DNA from: Felis catus
Taxonomy: Eukaryota
Reading direction: 5' to 3'
Assembly: GCF_018350175.1 (NCBI RefSeq)
Contig: NC_058368.1
Span: 230,394,001 to 230,458,000 of the forward strand
Length of the DNA stretch: 64,000 nt
A model generated the notes under the pieces. That model was not told the DNA's origin. It saw nothing but the letters and a program-made list of their open reading frames with translations, and ran no database searches. A program made the translations under genes and the position numbers. Shown piece after piece: positions 53,115 through 64,000 of this stretch; within the stretch, counting starts at the first letter, position 1; each line of letters begins with the position of its first letter.

Positions 53115-53650
53115 TCCATCCCTGCTATGTGCCAGGTACTCCTCTTGGCCCTGGACATTCAGTATTCAGCAAATTAGGCAAGATCTTTGCTCTCACAGTG
53201 CTTATATCCCTCTAGGTGGGGGTAGGGCAGAACTCAACAGGTAAGTATATGAAATTTATCAGGTGGTGAATGGGAGCAAAGGAAGAATACCAAGAAGGAG
53301 AGGTAGACCAACAGCAGAGAGGGGGAGTACGCAGGGTAGATGGGCTACTTTTGATGGTTAATCGGGTTGAGTGGACACCTGAGTGATGGAAAGGAAGCCA
53401 TTCTGTGGAGTCTGGGAGAACACTTCCAGCCGCTCAGGAACTTCCAGAAACCCAGAAGAACAGAAACCAAAAGTAGAGAAGAGAGAATGCCGATGAGTGG
53501 AAGCAGAGGGAAGACAGGGACTGGTCACATAGGACCAAAGGCCAAGGTTGAGGATCTTCTGAATGTGATGAGATCATTAGAAGGTTTTGAGCAGGAGTGA
53601 CGTGGTGTGACTATGTATGTTTTAAAACAATGATTCTACTGTGTGTGCAG
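53115..53650 (-). mobile_element. L2 fragment
   Basis: cctgctatgtgccaggtact...cattagaaggttttgagcaggagtgacgtgg. Confidence 0.65.
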
Positions 53651-53944
53651 AATTTTAAAACAAAACAGTATTCTTGCCTAAGTCCTCGGCCTCAACCAGC
53701 CTATTAAAAGCTGGAAGTATAACTGTCACCTTCCTTTTGGTATAGACAAAAATTGTATGCAAAAATACACATAATTCATTTGAAAATTATTAAATAATTA
53801 AAATTGCAAACCAAAATAATTAAAATTAAAAGCATGCATGTATTCAGTACTCTTTTAAATGCATTATTAGAAAATGATAACACAAAAAATACAGAAACTT
53901 GATTTTTTTTTTAAATCTAGGATTTCATATGTTGAAGATTTTTT

Positions 53945-54164
53945 TTTTTAATTTTTTTTTTCAACGTTTATTTATTTTTGGGACAGAGAGAGACAGAGCA
54001 TGAATGGGGGAGGGGCAGAGAGAGAGGGAGACACAGAATCGGAAACAGGCTCCAGGCTCTGAGCCATCAGCCCAGAGCCCGACGCGGGGCTCGAACTCCC
54101 GGACCGCGAGATCGTGACCTGGCTGAAGTCGGACGCTTAACCGACTGCGCCACCCAGGCGCCCC
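53945..54164 (-). mobile_element. Young felid CanSINE
   Basis: TSD tgaagattttttt. Confidence 0.95.
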
Positions 54165-54195
54165 TGAAGATTTTTTTTAAAAGAGTTTAAGTAAG

Positions 54196-54350
54196 GGGGG
54201 CCTGTGTGGCTCAGTCAGTTGGGCCTCCAGATTTCGCTCAGGTCATGATCTCGCAGTTCTTGGGTTCTAGCCCCGCATCCAGCTCTGTGCTAACAGTTTG
54301 GAGCCTGAAGCTGGATTGGGATTCTGTGTCTCCCTCTTCTCTGCCCCTCC

Positions 54351-54408
<58 letters not shown>

Positions 54409-54436
54409 AATAAATAAACGTAAAAAACTTAAAGAA
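54196..54436 (+). mobile_element. CanSINE with expanded (CT)n
   Basis: TSD aaaagagtttaagtaag; about 50 bp (CT)n at 54355-54405. Confidence 0.93.
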
Positions 54437-56317
54437 AAAGAGTTTAAGTAAGAAATTCTGCTGAGAGCTGAAGCCTGAGATAGAGTAAAGCTGGAGTATT
54501 TTATTATTTATAATTGGGGTTCCGGCCATTGAGTCTGGTGCACTCCAGGACTAAAGATCCTTCAACAGGAATGATTAAGTTAAAGAAATAACAATCACCT
54601 CAGTCCCTGTGGCTATTTATATTGGAAGGTGGACAGTCAGCAGGGTAGGTTCTTGGAGGCCACAACTCTCGGTGAGTTATAAGAAAAAGCCATTTATTGC
54701 TAGAAAATTTAAATTGGAAGGAAATAATTGAAAGAACTGAATGCATCACAGTCTTGTGGGAGAAGGAAGAAGAGACGTTTCGAATTGCTCTCTTTTAGGT
54801 ATATACATTTGCAGCAGACTTGCTTATTGATACATGCATATTATTATACATACATTCATTATATATTGTAAAGTATGTCAAATACTATAACACCTGTATA
54901 TAAAATAATAGACATGTGTGATTTAGTACTACCCACTTCCTAAAATCACCAGGAGAGGACTTCTGAGATAACCACCCATGTGATGCCTAGAATAAAGTCT
55001 CCTCCGTTAAGGATGACACATAGGTTTCGGATGTACTGCATTGCCCTTGAGGGGATTTCTTAGAACACATTTTTTTTAATGCAAAAGCTCACAGATGCAC
55101 CAAACAAGTGTATTTTCTTATTATACCAAGATCCAAGTGTCATCTAGATGTTCTGCTTGGGCTGATGGACAAAATGAAGGGCGAATAACATTGAATCAGC
55201 TGAGCAACATCATTGAATAACTCCTCTTTCACGATGCCGTGTAGCAGACGGTTTTCCCTGGTAACAGCTTTCTTTGTGTTCCGTAGAAACGTGTGAGAAA
55301 ATAAGGTTGACATGTTCCAGTGTGTGGATTCTCAAAAGAACTGGTCACAATGGATGCATCTGACAGACATCTGGCAGGGGTGGCGGGGGGGGGGGGAGCT
55401 CCAGGGAGCTGAGTGGTGGAACTTATGTTTTTTCTCTTTTGCTCAGCTTGTGGGATCCCCTGCAGCCTCCACCCACTGATTCTGTGGGGAGAGCTAAATG
55501 GAGAATCACAAGAAGGACTCTACCAGTCACCTTGCTGGGGCTCAGTCAGAGCACAGAGCAGCAGGAGTAAGCAAAGCAAAGTAAATTGAAGCAAATGGTT
55601 GAGAGTTGTAGAAAAATTCATATGCATGTTAAACTACTTACAAATTCCCCAATGCCAGGAAAACGGTTGAGGATGTTTCGTATCGAAGATGCCCTTGTAC
55701 ACTACCCACAGTGTCTTCCTTTGTACAGTCTCTCCGATTGATTCTCTTGCCCCGTTGCCGCAACTCCCCGCGTCATTCTTCTGCTCAGGAACTATGAGTG
55801 GATCCTCATGTCCTGTCCCCTCAAATATTTCCTTGTTATGTGGTTTTCTGGTCTCATCTTGGCATCCCACAGCACTCCCTGGGCCCCGCCTCCAGGAGAC
55901 GTTCTGTGCAGGTGGACACCCTTCTCCGCATGCCTCCTGTCTTCTCCAGCCCCCCATGCCCATCCGTCTTCAGAGCCCTCCTCCACGTGGGCTGCAGGAA
56001 TTGCAGACTGTTGGCCACAGAAGCTTTCTGCAAACTCTCCCTTAGATTCTGTGCTTTTTCTTTAAACTCCCACACATTTTATATTCTACTCCATAAGGTA
56101 TCTAAGACCAATAATAAAAATAATAATAACAATAACAATAATAATAATGCCCCCAGCCACACACCATCAGTCCTTCAGTCTTTGGGTAAATTTAAGGGCA
56201 AAGGAGATACCTCGCTATCTAATGCACTGATGACTACGCTTTTACCCCAACCCTCCCATACATGTGCCCTACTTCAAAAATTACAGACCTACTGCATCCC
56301 AAACATTTAAGGGTTTT

Positions 56318-56537
56318 TTTTTTAATTTTTTTTTCAACGTTTATTTATTTTTGGGACAGAGAGAGACAGAGCATGAACGGGGGAGGGGCAGAGAGAGAGG
56401 GAGATACAGAATCGGAAACAGGCTCCAGGCTCTGAGCCATCAGCCCAGAGCCCTACGTGGGGCTCAAACTCCCGGACCGCGAGATCGTGACCTGGCTGAA
56501 GTCGGACGCTTAACCGACTGCGCCACCCAGGCGCCCC
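56318..56537 (-). mobile_element. Young felid CanSINE
   Basis: TSD taagggttt. Confidence 0.95.
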
Positions 56538-56589
56538 TAAGGGTTTAATCCTGTTCATATTGTATGGCTCACTAGTTTTCAAACTTCTT

Positions 56590-56796
56590 TTTTCAAAGTC
56601 TTTTTATTTTATTCTCTCTCTTGAGAGAGAGCACCCATGCACATGAGCGGGGAAGGGTCAGAGAGGGCGGCCAGAGGATCGGAGGTGGGCTCTGTGCTGA
56701 CAGCAGAGAGCCCGATGCAGGGCTCGAACCCACCAGCCTTGAGATCATGACCTGAGCCAAAGTCAGATGCCCAACTGGGCCCTTCAGGGCGCACCT
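56590..56796 (-). mobile_element. CanSINE (diverged)
   Basis: Antisense body gagatcatgacctgagccaaagtcagatg; diverged head. Confidence 0.85.
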
Positions 56797-57238
56797 GCCC
56801 CGCCCCCCCCGCCCAGTTTTCAACCTTCTTAAAATCAGTTCAACTCTTCTGCCTTCCAGAACTAACTAACCCACTCCACTTCCCAAGGAGGCTGGTTTCA
56901 TGAACTTCCTGTGGGCTCCTCAGCACCTTGTATGCTCCTGTGAGTTTCTCCTTTATTAGTCCACGAGATCCTCAAGGGACATACAACAGTGCATATTACT
57001 AAATATCAGTTGAGCCGAACAAGACGGAAATTCCTCCCCCAACCAGTTTTGAGGCCAGTAAATATTGGCCGTTACTACCACCAAAGAGTGGATGAGCAGG
57101 TAGATCTTCGGAACATATAGGTGACTTGATAACCTAGAACAGAAAAGACATATGCGTGATGAGAAAAGTCTTAAGCAAATTTTATATTCTGTACAATTTT
57201 ATAGGTATAATAGAATAAGTCTTACTTGACACAGTTTA

Positions 57239-57872
57239 TTTTTTTAACATATATCATTGTTTATTTTCAGTCTCATTTATTTATTTATTTGTTTATTTAT
57301 TTATTTATTTAATATGAAATTTATTGTCAAATTGGTTTCCATACAACACCCAGTGCTCATCCCAACAGGTGCCTTCCTCAATCCCCATCACCCACCCTCC
57401 CCTCCCTCCCACCTCCCATCAACCCTCAGTTTGTTCTCAGTTTTTCAGAGTCTCTTATGTTTTGGCTCCCTCCCTCTCTTTTTTTTTTTTTCTTCCTTCC
57501 CCTCCCCCATGGTCTTCTGTTAAGTTTCTTAGGATCCACATAAGAGTGAAAACATATGGTATCTGTCTTTCTCTGGATGACTTATTTCACTTAGCATCAC
57601 ACTCTCCAGTTCCATCCACGTTGCTGCAAAAGGCCATATTTCATTGCCTTTCTCATTGCCACGTAGTATTCCGTTGTGTATATAAACCACAATTTCTTTA
57701 TCCATTCATCAGTTGATGGACATTTAGGCTCTTTCCATGATTTGGCTATTGTTGAGAGTGCTGCTATAAACATTGGGGTACAAGTGCCCCTACGCATCAG
57801 CACTCCTGTATCCTTGGGTAAATTCCTAGCAGTGCTATTGCTGGGTCACAGTGTGGAGGTTCCTCAAAAAAA
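57239..57872 (-). mobile_element. 5'-truncated felid L1 with 5' inversion and 3' transduction
   Basis: L1 ORF2 C-terminus (TCTPMFIAALSTIAKSWKEPKCPSTDEWIKKLW, ORF 57597..57803) plus 3' UTR; TSD ttacttga(c/t)acagttta at 57222-57238 / 57873-57889. Confidence 0.93.
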
Positions 57873-58339
57873 TTACTTGATACAGTTTAAATTGTCAACA
57901 ATTTAAATGTTTAACTTAAAAATAAAATAAATGCATAGGAGAGTTTTCTCTACACATCTATCGTAACTCCTTTGCAGGGAATTTATTACATTTATTTTAA
58001 TGCTCGTTATTTGTTATAACCATGGGCTATCTAAGGTACAAAATAATTTTTCTATTGTGTCTATGTATTTAGCATAATTTTATATTTTAGAAACATATTA
58101 TTTTCTGTTTGCAGTAACAAAAGAACAGCAATTTTTAAAATGTGTGCTTTTATAGTGCCAGTGAAACAAATTTAAACGAGGGGCTGTGTCTCTCATAAAT
58201 GCTTTGCCATCTGTCAGTCAACCAAAATCTACTGTGTGCTGATTACCCACATACCTGTTTATTATAATTAAAGGCCAAAAATCTTAGTAGGTCATGAAGC
58301 TTTCAGTGATATTTTTTGCTCTACCTGCAAAATTTGATC

Positions 58340-58720
58340 TAGAATTTGACCATTTCTTAGCCCTTGGGCTCTCATTACTCCTATCCAAAGCTACCGTGTT
58401 TCTTGAATCCGGACCATCTCGGTGACCCCTACCTGGTGTCCCTGCTTCTGCCTTTGGGACAGTGCGCTCTCTACATGTCACATACAGGTGTGTTCGGTCA
58501 CGCTCTCGGTCTCATGTTCCTCAAGGTCAACCCAATGCTCTTACAGCAGCTAACGCCTCCCAGACCTAACCCTGCCCTGCCTGGCAATCACTCTCATCTC
58601 CTCTCTCGCCTTCACTGTACTCCGGCCACCCTGGTCTCCTTGCTCTTGCTTGGCACCTGCTGTCACCGTCTCATGGCCTTTGGTCCCTGCTCGAGTGTCG
58701 CCTGACCACAGTACTCAGAC
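58340..58720 (+). mobile_element. L2 fragment
   Basis: ccaaagctaccgtgtttctt...cctacctggtgtccctgcttc...ctccggccaccctggtctccttgct. Confidence 0.55.
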
Positions 58721-61700
58721 TGCACACTCCCATCTTTTTCTCCTGCTATTTCTTCTTTATGATTCTTATCCCTGGAGAGGATCCCAGTTTTTGAGGGGCT
58801 TAAACCTTATACATGTTGGTGGATCATCTTTAAGGATCCAGATTATTACTAGAAAATTGCTACATCCTCCTTCAAATAAAGCTATCTCTGTTCTTCACTA
58901 TTGAAATGGTCCCATTCGCTGGTTTCTTTACTCAACTTCCAATTCTCGTACAGGTATGTGAACTCCTTTGAGGGAGGGGCTTCGTTCAACTCGTCCACCC
59001 CCGGCCCCAACTCCCGACAGTCCACTCCATAAATGTTCTTTAATGAGGGACTGTCTAATCACTACAACAGTGAAAGTTTGGGAGGTATTTTTTGTGGGCT
59101 TCTTCTAGTCACATTCTAAGATATTTTCATAATTTAGCCAAGTTCCATATAACCAAGTTGAATCTCTGCCTTGCGGGGTTTGTGTTTTCAGAATTTATAC
59201 GTGCTCATCTAAAATACTCTTTGACATGCTGAACACTGTGTGAACGTAGCATTGTGGTTCACGAAATTATGTTGATTGAGTTCAGTTTGGAGCACAGTAA
59301 GGGAGATTTTTATTTCAGGCATCCTTTGTGATTCCCGCTACTTTGTGAGGTTGTATTCCATATCTACAAGGGCAAGCATAAACATCATGCCAGATAATAG
59401 AAGCCATTAGACTTATTTGGAACATGGTGAGTGTGCCTGAGTGGGGTCTTCAGGAAAGGAATTTGTGGAATCACTTGAAATTCTTTCTTGTTAAAAAAAA
59501 AAAAAAGAAAAGTAAGGGCCTTTCCTGGGGGCTCTTAGAAAGGAATGTGGAGGCCCGCCTTCTGCACACACCAGTTGTCAGAACCGAGTTGAGTTTGTGC
59601 AGAATGTCAGCGTCGGCTTCCAGATGGACAGTTCTGAGGCCGCTTTGGCCTCCGCACTGGCTTCCTTGGTGGGCAGCAAGATTTTCAATACAGGATCCTG
59701 ATGTCCATCCGCTTCGACTGACTGCGTTTCATTCTGAGACAGGGAAATGGCTAGAGAAGTTCAGTGTTCGTGATCAGTTAGCAAAAAAAGGGATGGAAAG
59801 GGCCAAGGACTGTGGTAATGTAATGTTTGTGGTGTCTTGTGATTTTTTAAAGTGTCCTGTAAAATGCGTCACTGTGTGCAATCATGATTCCCATTCAGAC
59901 TAAAATAAAGGTCTTTTCCCCCTCTTTCTTTTATCTCTTTAAATAACAGGATCATGAGCGTGATGAGGAGTCAGAATGTTGAATTGCTACAAAATAGGTC
60001 ATTTCAGAGATTTTCATGAGAAATGGTTTTCTTTAACCAGAGTTATGGACAGGAACCAATTACCAGTCCATAACTGAGACAATATCAGCGACTTCTCTAG
60101 AATTGAGGATAGCAAAAAAATGGAAAAATGTTCAGAATCACCCTTCAGAAATGTTCATTTTGTTATAGGGATAGGCGGTTGCCTCAGTGATGGTCCTCAG
60201 TACCTGCTGAGGACACATTGAACAGGATGGGAGCTGGGTTTGGAAATCTGTACAGGGGACAAAGATTCTCGAAATGTGTGGAGGCTTTACAATGGGAAGC
60301 ATAAGGGAATTCAAGTAACAGTGACAACGTATTTGTAGACTTCTTTATATTTTCCATATGATTTTCAAAAACCAAATAGTTTCCTGCTAGACACAGGTGG
60401 AGTCAAAACCAAAACCACTGCCCTCCCTGTACCACGGCAGGGGAGTAGCACTCGGGAAATCTACATGAGCCTAGAACCTTCTCAGTCATTTCTCTTGCTA
60501 CTGGTTGGATCTTTTGTTACTGGTTGCATCATTTTTTTTTAAATCTGTTCATTAGAAATTGATCTGTTAAATCAAAAGATGGTCTTTCTCTCTTTGTGCT
60601 TAATAATTCTCTCTGTATTTCAGAAGAATACCTTCTTTTTCTCAGTGACTAGTGTCACCTCATAATTATTTTTAAATGCCTTTTTTTGGTCAGTTAATTT
60701 ACCATAACAAGACAAACCATTGCACTTCTCTTCTTTTTCAAATATAGATTAATTCCTGTACTTACCTTGAAAATGTACCTAGCAAGATATGTCATATGTA
60801 GGGGAATGATGCAGCACCCTGTGGCATTTTTTTAAATGACTACAGAATAGAGTTTCAGAGTAAATATATTTCTTTTTAAATCTCATTAGTTATACACCAG
60901 GTTGGATTAATGATCTGGTAGATAATAAACAGTCTGCACACTAAATAAAATTTATGAAGCTATCACTCTGAATTGTATACCTTTCACTGAATCTATCATA
61001 TGTTATGTCATTATATTATTAAGTTAATTCATATATTGACCAGGTAATAAGTCCATTAAGAATATCCTTTAACAAGGCAATACAGTGGGTGGTTCCTTGA
61101 CAGATTAATATTTGTTGAACTCTTTGTTAAATAATTCACACTTGAAGTTTCATTTACTCCTGAAAACAACCCCATGAGACAGGTTCACATTTTGTTCGCG
61201 TTTTACAGACATTTAAGGAACGTGCCTCAGGGGACACAGGTGGAAGAGAAGTAGAACGATTTGAACCTTATTGCTTCCGCCTCAAAGCCAGCACCCCCTC
61301 CAAACACTGCAATACACTTGCTCCCTAAAACATAACTGAAAAAGAAACATAATCCATCTTGGTTCAGCTACTGAATGGAGAAACTAGATCATTTTGCACG
61401 ACTGCAGAGATGTATTTTCTCTCAAAATTCTCAAAAATAATTTCCACCATAACACTAAAAAGGATTTTAGCCTTTATCAGTTGTACTTCTGTCTTGCTCA
61501 GAATCAACTACACGTACACACATCAGTTCAACTCTGTGGAAACATTGATCGGTTACCTGACTTTGCTATCCAAGTTAGGGGTGGAATTCGGTGAGGTAAA
61601 ATATGTATTTTACAAACTGATAACTTGGCAGTTCCTATATTAAAATTGAAAAGTGAATTTCAGGTACCTCTGGTTAAGCTTCTGGTTTTAGATCTACAAA

Positions 61701-61729
61701 CTCTGTATCTTCCAGTAGCTTTTTTTATT

Positions 61730-61976
61730 TTTTACTTTTTTTTTTTTACTTTAGGGAGAGAGAGCCAGTGAGTGAGAGTGAAGGAGAGGGGGCAGGAGGG
61801 AGGAAGGGAGGAATGGAAAGAGAAAGAGAGAGAGAGGAAGAGAATGAATGAATCCCAAGCAGTCTCCATACTCAGGGCAGAGCCCGACATTGGGCTTGAT
61901 TCCAGGACCCTTGGACCATTACCTGAGCCAAAATCAAGAGTCAAACGCTCAACCAACTGGGCCACCCAGGTGCCCC
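61730..61976 (-). mobile_element. CanSINE (older subfamily)
   Basis: TSD tcttccagtagcttttt. Confidence 0.92.
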
Positions 61977-63629
61977 TCTTCCAGTAGCTTTTTAAGCAGA
62001 CAAAATTATTTAATTTTTTAAACATTAATAGGGAATATAAAACAACTATATCCATTTTTATTGTGTAAACGAACACCACTGAAAAATAACAGTTAATTAA
62101 AAATTTACTAAAATCACCAAGCCCGAGGTTCCTCTTTGTAGTCAGCTTTTGGTAAACCATTCCTCAGACGTGGTGAGTTGATTGCTTATAAATATCTGAA
62201 GCGAGAGGAGGTACTATATATTATAATTCTGCAGTCCATTATTTAAATTTACTTTGCGTTTCAGGTCCAGCTTAGTTTCTCTTAGAACTAAACCAGAAGC
62301 CCAAAGATATATCTACTTTGCTTAAAACCAAGCAGATCCTTGAGAGGTATGGAAATGTCTGTGCAGGTCCTCAGCTGTTTGAGGATCTTACCACCAATAG
62401 GTTAAAAAAAAAGGCTACTTACTCCAACCTCTTCCTCCTTCTCCCAGCTAATTCCAAATTCCTTCCATTTCATTTGCAGGGTGGGTGAGCAATCTCTTAT
62501 TGCCAAGAACAACTATAACCCATCCTTGAGGGTCTTGCTATCCTCAAAGCAACTTTTCATAGTATTTCTCTAAATGAAGATAGGAACCCCCAAGAGGAAT
62601 TCTATTCTCTGTTAAAGTACTATTTAACCCACTATACATCATCATCATTATCATTCTACAAAAACTGTCCTGAGCTTGCAAACACTGCTGTAATTGGATA
62701 TGTTCTAAATTATTCATTGATGTTGATGTCATTTTAATGATAATAGCTGATTCCTTGGTAAATATAGTTTATTCTCAATAAATGCAGAGAATATCAAGAG
62801 TAACAAATTCATTAAGTGGCAAGGCCCCATTTTTTTTTACAATGGGTGATATTGCGTTACCTGCATTTTTCTTTTCTTTAATTTAATTGCTCATCCATTT
62901 GCTTCCTGATTTACAAGGCTTATATATAGTCTGCCTTGTAATGAGAGGACAAGGGGGAAAACCATTGCATCCTACTCTTTATGATTTTTATATACTTTTG
63001 GTTCTAGAGTTTAAATTGTAAAAACACTTTAAAACAGTGGGTTATTGCATGGCAGAGGTGTGGAGGCTGTCTTCACTCTCCCTGATACACACTGGGTGAG
63101 CTTCACTGATTCTGTGCAAACACATCCCAACTTTCATCCTCAAGAGACTGTGTCAGGCTGAAGAATGCCCGCTCTCTAAACAACCTGAAAGGACAGGCAG
63201 AGGGCATAGTTTTGCTTTGTTTGATGAGGTGATCTTTTTATTTCTCCTGCTGTGGGGTTCATCAGCATCCATCTTCCTTACTTCTTGTAGACTGATCTCT
63301 CAGTCTAGATCCCTGAAGTTTACAGCAAAGCATAAAAATAAATAAGAGCTATTATCATAGGAACAATTGACCAACGTGGGCCATCTAGCAGAGAATCATT
63401 TAAGAAACGAATTTAAGATGGTCTACTCAGGTTATGTATCAAAAGGCCTTTCCGGTCATTCTTTGACTCTATTAAGTTCAGGAAAGTAGCAGATAGGAAA
63501 TTTATTCCAGGTCTAACTCGAGCTATTGCTTTCCCTTTATGTATTTCAACATTGTTGGTTTTTATTCAGTTATTTGTATTAACGTAAGTAAATCTGAATC
63601 ACGGGTCAGCCTTGCAAGAGAAGGAAACA

Positions 63630-64000
63630 CAATGAAATACCACCACAGTCTATTAGAATGGCCAAAAGCCAAGAAACTGACGATACCAAATGCTGACAAG
63701 GATGTGGAACAAGAATTCTCATTCGTTTCTAGTAGGATGCAAAATGGTACGGCCACTTTGGAAGACAGTTTATCAGTTTCTTACAAAACTAAACATACTC
63801 CTAGTAGATGACCCAGCAATTTTGCTCCTTGGGGTTCACCCAAAGGATTTGAAAAGTTATGTCTACACAATAACATGCAAATGATTGTGTATATCAGCTT
63901 CGTTCATAATTGCCAACACTTGGAAGCAACCATGATGTCCTGTAGCAGGTGAGTGGATATATAAAGTGTGGTACATCCACACAATGGGGTATTATTCAAC
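63630..64000 (+). mobile_element. Old L1 (L1M-type) ORF2 3' fragment
   Basis: aatgaaataccaccac...ttagaatggcc...aaatgctgacaaggatgtgga...gcaaaatggtacggccactttggaagacagtt...gacccagcaatt...ttggaagcaacc. Confidence 0.85.

Noticed and set aside
59424..59903. ORF containing KKKKKKSK, superficially like the delta-catenin poly-lysine segment
   Set aside because: It comes from a genomic polyA run; the flanking residues do not match CTNND2 and it is out of exon order.

Overview
This is mammalian genomic DNA, almost certainly from a felid, judged by about 28 cat-type CanSINE (SINEC_Fc-like) copies and a cat-type L1 3' end. It is not prokaryotic, and I see no operons or CRISPR arrays. The whole window appears to lie inside CTNND2 (delta-catenin) on the + strand. 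It holds a single 133-nt coding exon (34110-34242, first armadillo repeat) flanked by two very long introns. The rest is intronic repeats (CanSINEs, MIR, L2, L1, MaLR/ERVL/ERV1 solo LTRs, hAT DNA transposons, microsatellites) plus unique sequence. The most interesting structures: (i) a young L1 insertion with both a twin-priming 5' inversion and a ~30-nt 3' transduction with its own polyA signal (57222-57889); (ii) a 3'-truncated U6 snRNA retrocopy inside an ERV1 LTR (9470-9501); (iii) a heavily decayed ERV-L-like reverse transcriptase fossil that the ORF track misses (~50550-51170); (iv) a CpG-rich patch apparently made by AT-to-GC change in old LTR sequence (~9890-10150); (v) multi-level nested retroelements; (vi) closely spaced inverted SINE pairs. 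I found no convincing new biological system. Repeat family names come from recalled consensus motifs and need RepeatMasker/Dfam confirmation.
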